A DNA stretch of 63,650 nucleotides, the filler included, from Octopus bimaculoides (taxonomy: Eukaryota), in the NCBI RefSeq assembly GCF_001194135.2. It is 6 parts of 6 records of this genome, joined end to end, with 100 filler letters (N's around TTAATTAATTAA, not from the genome) between each part and the next. Parts side by side here need not be neighbours in the genome. Positions count along the whole stretch, not along the records: positions 48,868 to 58,392 come from NC_068991.1; positions 58,493 to 60,699 come from NW_026344063.1; positions 60,800 to 63,650 come from NC_069005.1; 3 more parts are not named here. One strand, written 5' to 3'. The position numbers and the translations under genes were made by a program. Positions 55,728 through 63,650 of the stretch are shown here, piece after piece. Within the stretch, counting starts at the first letter, position 1, and every line of letters begins with the position of its first letter. The notes under the pieces were generated by a model. That model did not search any database and was not told the origin of the DNA. It saw only the letters and a program-made list of their open reading frames with translations.

Positions 55728-57297
55728 TAAGGAACTTCTAAAATATCAATCTTTGAAATTTTAAATGGTTAGCAATAAAAAAATGTAGAAATTAGAAAAT
55801 CGTAAATATTTATGGGCCAAAAGAAGGAGGGAAGGAAGGAGAAGACGTTTCTATTTTTGTTTTATCAATTGGTCATATTCATAACTCTGAAAGGATTCAT
55901 TGAAGTATGGTATTTGGTGTCTTGGATAATAATTTTACGGGTAGTTGTCATTTTCCCCTCCAATGTCTTCATAGGAGAACTTAAAGTGTCCAGCACTGCA
56001 AGCTAACAAAAACTCACCAGTACAGTGGACCTGATGATTATAGCTGTGATCAATATGCTCCTATACAATCAAAGGATCAAAGAACCTTCCCGAGTCATAA
56101 GTTTAAAGGGCCAGTTTCCCAGATTCTGTGGTGTATATATTCTCCCTCTGGACAGGATGTTGGTCCATTGCAGGATTACTCACACCAGCTGAGTGAACTG
56201 GGGGAACATGAAATGAAGTGTCTGGTACAACAACACAATGCACCGTCCAGTCCAAGAATCAAAAACCACACTCTTACAATCATGAGTGCAACACCTTCAC
56301 TACTAAGTCACACACCGCCACCCCTATACAATAGTTTTTTTGGGTTTTTTTCAACCTGAGGAAGTCCCCTTGTAAGAGGTAACATTAGAGATAATTTAGT
56401 TAGAACAAAAGTAAAATAATTTTATATTGAAACCTGAAAACAAAAGCAATCCTTGATTTTTGATATTGTATTCTGCCTGAATCTGACCAGCAGACTCTGG
56501 AGATAAATAGAATTTTAAAAAAAATTGGTAGGGCTCATAGCATTATTGTAGCTTTAAAAGAGTCATAGGTTAAAAAAAAGGGGGTTGAGAACTACTGCTA
56601 TTGAACCTATTTACTGTCAGGTGAAATGAGCCAGTGAGAAAGATGTCTTTACCAGCAGTGCAATATAACACCAGAAAATGAATGGACCCTTTCAGCTGGT
56701 TAGGATGTCACCTCAATGACTCCGTTCCACTATCTGTGATTCCTTGCTCTGTCTATGAAAATATGAATAGATATCTTCTGTATTTAGGGTATCGGATAAG
56801 CAGTTGAGAGACTAATGATTGGGTTTCATGTCACTGTCACTATTGTTCTATCCAGAGTAAGGACTCTTAACTCTCAGTGGCTCAGTTCATTTAAATCTAA
56901 ACAGGTACCATGGTGTGGTATAGTTCTCCACAATAAACAACTGGAACTTGTTGGTCTGTAGTACTAAGTTCAATAACTGGTCTTACAGGATAAAAAGCCA
57001 CTTAGCTTATGATAGTCTATCATCCTATTGAAAGGAAGAATTATCTATCATATGCTTTATAATTGAGAAACCAGAATAGAGCTCCTGCTCTATGAATCCT
57101 GGTGGTTCAGTTAGAAATGATTTGTAAGTAAATATATCTATGATGCTGCTCAACAACAATGTAGATAAAATTGATATTTAACATAATGTACAGTAATGTA
57201 ACAAGCATGAGAAAAATCTAAATGTAGCTATATTGAGATTTGTGTTTCTAGATAATGCAATTATCCAAAATAGTAAAATTCTTGAAAAGAATACTTA

Positions 57298-57328
<31 letters not shown>

Positions 57329-57338
57329 CATACATACA

Positions 57339-57370
<32 letters not shown>

Positions 57371-58531
57371 ATAATAATAATAATAATAATAATAAATGGA
57401 CATGAATTTCTCATATATGAATATACATAATGTCTTGTTTAGCTGAATCATATTTTATGTTATTACAGATAATACAAAAAAAAAAAATGAAAATATAAAA
57501 TTATATAAAACTTATATTAAAAAGAAGAAATTGTATCGAATAAGGAAATATTTCACATGACAATAATTCTGCAGCACTATATGATGCATTGTTTTCTTGT
57601 GACTGGTACCAAAATACATATTAAAAAATTTTTTTTTTTGACATATCCAGACAAAGTAACATTTCTTGGTTACAGTACATATATTACCTCCACTTATCTT
57701 TGTCATCATAATCATCATCATCATTACTATCATCCTCATGATCATCATGATCATCACCATCATCATCATCATCATATTCATTAGAATCATCCTTACAACC
57801 ATCCTAACCTATTGCTCAACTCTTTTATAGATTAGATGAGTCCTAACATTGTTCAGGTAAACAGAAGCATTTTGCATCAAATTCTTTAAGGTTATACTGA
57901 AGGTTTTGACTTATGTATATATTTTCCAAGTATTGATCAGATAACAACAACAATAACTGTATATAAAATATATGAAGCAAAACTAGAGTTTAAAAAAAAA
58001 GACATTGATATGCATTGTTTTAACTGAATTGTAAAAGCTATATTTTCCCTTTTTATTCAACTTTATGCTGAAAACAATAGCCCTAGAATTAATATTATTT
58101 TTGATAAAGAAAATAAATAATGAATAAAATAACACAATAATTCATTGGAAGAAGATTTCAAACATTACTAGGGTTGTAAATACCACATATCCTAAATATC
58201 ACATAGATCCTTTTCCTAGTGACATAATCAAAGTTGGCAGGTGTGTATATGAATGTGTTTGTATGTATAAGTAAATATCAATGACTTTTCCAATGTATTT
58301 TTTATATACAATTAATGCTGTTGTTAGATCATTATGTGAAAAATATATGTATTATTTATGAGGAAATTACAAATATATATATATATATATATNNNNNNNN
58401 NNNNNNNNNNNNNNNNNNNNNNNNNNNNNNNNNNNNTTAATTAATTAANNNNNNNNNNNNNNNNNNNNNNNNNNNNNNNNNNNNNNNNNNNNAAGAAGAA
58501 GAAGAAGAAGAAGAAGAAGAAGAAGAAGAAG

Positions 58532-58748
58532 AAAACTGCAAAGACATCACAAAAACTGTCAATCACACTTTCACGTTCCCGTTCGTCGGAATTACGTTGA
58601 TAGATACACATTTGAAATTGTGTATCTATCAATGTAATTCTTTATTTTTACATATAACCTTATTTTTGTTCCATCCGCAACCAAAACTGTCCAACGAACG
58701 GGAACGTGAAACGCTGAGTAACAGCTTTTGTGATGTTTTTCCAGCTTT
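58532..58748. mobile_element. MITE-like foldback with ~59-bp imperfect TIRs and an internal 22-bp hairpin
   Basis: 58544-58590 and 58690-58736 are inverted (core tttcacgttcccgttcgt); 58589-58610 pairs with 58619-58640. Confidence 0.7.
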
Positions 58749-58858
58749 ATCAGTAAAGCATATTACTCTACCTCCGGTATTCGAGTACTATTTTTTCCAC
58801 CTTGTCTCACATTTATGTGCTTACTCTGTTATAGTATATATATAAATATATAACGTGA

Positions 58859-58992
58859 AGTATATTTGCCACTTAAATGTGGCTAACCGCTAAGTTTGTC
58901 AATAGCCAGCTGGAGGAGGTGTCCTCCTGGGGCTACAAGTTACAGTAGCATCCACCTCTAGCGGTTAGCCACATTTAAGTGGCAAATATACT
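58859..58992. mobile_element. MITE with perfect 34-bp TIRs
   Basis: agtatatttgccacttaaatgtggctaaccgcta (58859-58892) is the exact reverse complement of 58959-58992. Confidence 0.8.
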
Positions 58993-59977
58993 CTACATTG
59001 TCGTGCAGCTATATATATATATATATATATATAGGAAAAAATAATTTTATTAAAAAACATTTCAGTACCGGTTTCAGTCATTGAGACTTTTTCAACTCTA
59101 AGTATGGAAAACAATTAAATTTGGGAAAAATTAAATGAAAAGTGTTTTTAAAAGAATATTTGCATAGTATTCAAATACAAGGGGCATTTTGCTTGTTTCT
59201 GCCTGTCTCTGTCTCTNNNNNNNNNNNNNNNNNNNNNNNNNNNNNNNNNNNNNNNNNNNNNNNNNNNNNNNNNNNNNNNNNNNNNNNNNNNNNNNNNNNN
59301 NNNNNNNNNNNNNNNNNNNNNNNNNNNNNNNNNNNNNNNNNNNNNNNNNNNNNNNNNNNNNNNNNNNNNNNNNNNNNNNNNNNNNNNNNNNNNNNNNNNN
59401 NNNNNNNNNNNNNNNNNNNNNNNNNNNNNNNNNNNNNNNNNNNNNNNNNNNNNNNNNNNNNNNNNNNNNNNNNNNNNNNNNNNNNNNNNNNNNNNNNNNN
59501 NNNNNNNNNNNNNNNNNNNNNNNNNNNNNNNNNNNNNNNNNNNNNNNNNNNNNNNNNNNNNNNNNNNNNNNNNNNNNNNNNNNNNNNNNNNNNNNNNNNN
59601 NNNNNNNNNNNNNNNNNNNNNNNNNNNNNNNNNNNNNNNNNNNNNNNNNNNNNNNNNNNNNNNNNNNNNNNNNNNNNNNNNNNNNNNNNNNNNNNNNNNN
59701 NNNNNNNNNNNNNNNNNNNNNNNNNNNNNNNNNNNNNNNNNNNNNNNNNNNNNNNNNNNNNNNNNNNNNNNNNNNNNNNNNNNNNNNNNNNNNNNNNNNN
59801 NNNNNNNNNNNNNNNNNNNNNNNNNNNNNNNNNNNNNNCACTTGCCTCTCTACTCTCACCTTCCTTTTCAAGTGATACTTGAAAAAGTTGATGAGAGATT
59901 GACCAGAGAGGAAAGTATTTGTCTCTAATCCTTTCAGACGCGTCCACCAGATGCATTCTTTCGCCATAGCCACAAGT

Positions 59978-60040
<63 letters not shown>

Positions 60041-60154
60041 TAGGCACACTTTGTGTGGGGGGTTACCAAGGTCACCATTACTTTCATGCCGACAATTCTC
60101 GGCAATTATCAAGTCTATCACACGGAACACTGGTTCTTCTCTCCATCTGGGATG

Positions 60155-60201
<47 letters not shown>

Positions 60202-60802
60202 TCACTCAGAGCCATGCATGCGCACTTCAATCCCAAGATTTTCTTGTAAATGTGTCTAAGTTGATTTAAATGTTTCATTTTTAACGAACAGCACTCAACA
60301 CCTACTGCCCCCACTATAATGACCTCTTGACATTTGCCGGCCCCGAAGGAGGTTCTCACCGCCCAGGTTAAAACCCTCGGGCGGTAAGAGCACTGAGACG
60401 CTCGCTCTCTGTCTCTGTCGCTGTCTCTCCCCCTCCCTCCCTCTCCTGTTTCTCTCTCACATGTAGGCGGTATGCAATCTGCAGTGCTTGCAAAGTAACA
60501 GAAAGATATTTGTAGTAAGACCGAGCGAACGATTAATATAATGTCAATGAGTGAAAGTTTTGTCTTTCAGAACAGTCATGGACTAAGTCAGGACAAATGC
60601 TGTCAAAAAAAGGCGGGAAGATACTCTCGTGGTATTTATAGTTCAATGAGCGGCTGATGATGAACGTGTAAGCATGTGTGTTTGTGCGTGTGTGTATGTN
60701 NNNNNNNNNNNNNNNNNNNNNNNNNNNNNNNNNNNNNNNNNNNTTAATTAATTAANNNNNNNNNNNNNNNNNNNNNNNNNNNNNNNNNNNNNNNNNNNNA
60801 TA

Positions 60803-61035
60803 TAGTGAAAGCGCATGGCTCAGTGGTTAGAGCGTCGAGCTTGATCGTGAGATTGTGAGTTCTGCATGTTGTGTTCTTGAGCAAGACACTTTATTTCACG
60901 TTGTTCCAGTTCACTCAGCTGTAGAAATGAGTTGCGACGTCACTGGTGTCAAGCTGTATCGGCCCATTAGCCTTTCCCTTGGGTAACATCGGTGGTGTGG
61001 AGAGGGAAGGCCGGTACGCATGGGTGGCTGCTGGC
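60803..61035 (+). mobile_element. tRNA-derived SINE, family D
   Basis: gcgcatggctcagtggttagagcgtcgagc head and ttgtgttcttgagcaagacactttatttcacg..ccagttcactcagctg core. Related copies at 62347-62500 (+) and ~56120-56330 (-). Confidence 0.75.
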
Positions 61036-61192
61036 GACACAGTGTTACTTGCGCGGTCCCAGGAATTTTTCAAAGGCAGGGCACAAAGTCAGAATGGAAC
61101 ACACAATTCGAGGAGAAGAGAGCGTAATAATATTTAGTAGGGCGCACTTCTTTTCTTGGCGGAGGCACGTGCTCCTCAGTCCCCGTTCCCAG

Positions 61193-61326
61193 GTCCATCC
61201 CAGTGTTATTTATGCATCAGAACATCAGTCAGGGATTATACGTTTTGATAATCCCCTTTCCAACTCCCATGATGTTAGTGTTCTCATGTATACAGATTTA
61301 TTCCATGGCAAGACTTCGGGTGATTG
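61193..61326 (+). CDS. Weak candidate exon, gene unassigned
   Basis: ccccgttcccag|VHPSVIYASEHQSGIIRFDNPLSNSHDVSVLMYTDLFHGKTSGD TG|gtaagt; open frame between good splice signals; no homolog recognised. Confidence 0.3.
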
Positions 61327-61773
61327 GTAAGTTAGTAAGGTGCTATCGAAAGGATTACGATACGACATTTAAAGGTTGTTTCGACTGGGTCAATCGTACA
61401 CGGGAAGTGGAAGTAATTTCTTCGGCAATTTCCGTAAAAAAAAAAAAAAATTCTCATTTCTTTACTTTTAATTTTCAGCTGAATCACTTATGATTATGCA
61501 TTTTTGTAATATATATATTATGTGTTTATGTGTGTGTGTGTAAAAATCTTGTGCATGCATATTTGTATATGCATATTTGTGTATGCAAGTTACACAAGGA
61601 CAAACAAAAATCGTATAAAAGTGCAAGCAATTTTTTTTATCGCGCTTTCTCCAAAAACGAAACTTCCTTATTGTGCGATATCCAATACGGAACTGATGTC
61701 GCTAGATATACTATACCGCTTTGATAGCATTAGTATAACATGTAGCCTCAGCTGACCCGTTGAGACTTATCTA

Positions 61774-61990
61774 CGAAGGGGTGTTGAAAAGTTCCTGGCT
61801 TTGGGTAAAAGAAAATACAGGGGGATCAGTTAATTATGGTTTCATTCAACATATTCCCCTCTCAAATTCACACACTTATTGCAGTGGTCCTTCAGTTTTT
61901 TCTAAGCCCTGTAAAATAACTCTGACATTGGGCTTCCAGCCAGGCCTTTTGCGACACCCATAAAGCCAAGAACTTTTCAGTAGTCTCTCG
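61774..61990. mobile_element. Mariner-derived MITE
   Basis: TA|cgaaggggtgttgaaaagttcctggcttt ... aaagccaagaacttttcagtagtctctcg|TA. Confidence 0.8.
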
Positions 61991-62621
61991 TAGAAGCTAT
62001 GTTGAATTTCTTTCAAACTTTCCAGTCTCCCCCCACCCCGAACATCTAATGAGATGGACGTGTCCCATGAAACAGCAAGATTTTTAGATCATGTGAAGCT
62101 GAGTCAAACTGTTATCATGCAACTCCAGCTACATGTACGTGTGTGTGTGTGTGTGCGTGTGTGTGTGCGTATGCGTGTGTGTGTGTGTGTGTGCAGATTT
62201 ATATGTATGTATTTATATGTGTATGTGTGTGTATATGTATATGTATGTATATGCGTGTGTATGTATGTATGTATGTGTATGTGTATGTATATGTATGAGT
62301 GTATGTGTGTTTGTATGTGTGCGCGAGTGTGTGTGTGTGTGTGTGTGAAGGCACGTGGCCTAGTGGTTAGGCGTGTCGAACTCACGATCGTGAGATCGTG
62401 GTTTCGATTCCCAGACAGGTTGTGCGATATGTTCTTCTGCAAAACACATTTTCTCGTTGCACCAGTCCACTCAGCTGTAACTGGGCCACCCTGCGTTGGA
62501 CACAGATCGTGTCGTATAGCCATCGTGTCAAGCGGTGGTGGACGTGCACACGCGCACCACACAGACACAGACACACACACACACAGACACACACACACAC
62601 ACATAAAAGTTAGATAAGGCC

Positions 62622-62695
62622 GGTTTATGGGATCACCTTAGGTTTCACCTCCATAAAGGGCTTAGCTTTATGGCGTATCATCGGATCTCAAAACC
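62622..62695 (-). ncRNA. Degenerate hammerhead ribozyme fold (probably inactive)
   Basis: Minus strand GGTTTTGAGAT-CCGATGA-T-AC(G)CCATAAAG-ctaagcc-CTTTATGG(AG)GT-GAAA-CCTAAGGT-G-ATCCCATAAACC. All three stems can form, but U4 is C and position 17 is G. Confidence 0.5.
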
Positions 62696-62782
62696 AGTTG
62701 GCTAAAAGCCCCAGTAAGCCGTGCCTATACATATTTACAGAAACCATTTGGTCTCTCATGAAGGTTTTGACCTCGGCTACTC

Positions 62783-62816
<34 letters not shown>

Positions 62817-62931
62817 ATAATAATATTAGGGACAAAATCCAAAATTACAGGCCAAAAACTCAATTAAAATCAATTTATATAGAATATGGAATATATAATA
62901 NNNNNNNNNNAGGTTTTGACCTCGGCTACTC

Positions 62932-62962
<31 letters not shown>

Positions 62963-63480
62963 GCTTTGGTCGGCCCGATGCTATAGTAGAAGACACTCAC
63001 CCAAAGAACCTGGAACCATGTGGTTGGGAAGCAAGCTTCTTACTTTACAACCATGCCTGCAACAAATCAACAAATTCCCCCTCCCCCTTTTTTTCTAAAT
63101 ACTAAATTTTGATGTTTGATACGTGTTGTTAGCGCTCATCCGTGAATTGTGGCCTTTTCAAAACTGCTTTTGTCGTTTTTTCGACAGAAGCTTATACAAG
63201 CTGAAGAAATGTTACGAAGATTTTTATTTTTCCTCTCTTTCTTTCTTTTTTTTTGTGGCGTGGTTAAATATAATTCCAAGATTACGGAAAATAAAATGAG
63301 GTAAGGGAAGTAACTTATGTAGTAAAGATTGTTTGCCAACATAACATGGCAGTCCTGGTTTAGAACGAATGTTACTGTAACTTAGCCCCAGGACACATCG
63401 TTTCCAACTGGCTATACGACACGATCTGTGCCCTTATATTTTCGAAGAAGGGAATCTAGCACCCCAACTCACCTCAAAAA

Positions 63481-63533
63481 AATATCTGTGCTGATGAAGG
63501 GAAATAACCCGGAAATCGCGATACACAGATATT
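63481..63533 (+). ncRNA. Type I hammerhead ribozyme fold with palindromic stem III
   Basis: Stem I AATATCTGTG/CACAGATATT; core CTGATGA 63491-63497; stem II (A)GGG-AAATAA-CCC(G); GAAA 63512-63515; stem III palindrome ATCGCGAT; predicted AUA cleavage after 63523. Confidence 0.8.
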
Positions 63534-63650
63534 GTTTTGAGCTGAGTTGGGGATACTAGATTTCCTTGTTCGAAAATATAAGGAACCATGTGGTCGGGAA
63601 GCAAGCTTCTTACCGCACAGCCATATATATATACACACACATACATATAT

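Noticed and set aside
20060-60205. Long ORFs in the track made mostly of X, and IY/HT/CV/LSIY/poly-N/poly-K peptides
   Set aside because: They are read-through of N-gaps and di-, tri- or tetranucleotide microsatellites, not coding sequence.
17847-60755. Recurrent TTAATTAATTAA motif
   Set aside because: It always sits between fixed-length N runs, so it is an assembly linker rather than a biological repeat.
62762-62961. Exact duplication aggttttgacctcggctactctac(ta)n on both sides of a 10-N gap
   Set aside because: Most likely unmerged contig ends or haplotypes.

Overview
AT-rich, microsatellite- and SINE-dense animal genomic DNA with many N-gaps. The SINE families, simple repeats and TTAATTAATTAA gap linkers suggest an Octopus draft assembly (inference). 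Two minus-strand genes are recognisable from split exons. (1) A Meis/homothorax TALE homeobox gene: five exons at 16142-15995, 14944-14894, 10240-10190, 9249-9094 and 1412-1280 encode the MEINOX/HM domain and linker. Its homeodomain exons should lie left of the window, and its 5' exons were not found. (2) The last coding exon of synaptotagmin-17 (C2B, 47163-46811). There are also a few orphan exon candidates. The rest is tRNA-derived SINEs, RTE-type tails, R4/Dong-like LINE endonuclease remnants, mariner remnants, and hAT-like and other MITEs. The most unusual signal is a set of hammerhead-ribozyme folds from several unrelated sequence families. One sits at the apex of a 59-bp hairpin (63.4-63.6 kb), two point outward in the inverted arms of a 1.7-kb foldback element (40.0-41.7 kb), one is a minimal Penelope-type motif beside an (AAC)n tract (26.4 kb), and two are degenerate (62.6 kb, 48.2 kb). 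All folds were worked out by hand; none has been computed or tested.
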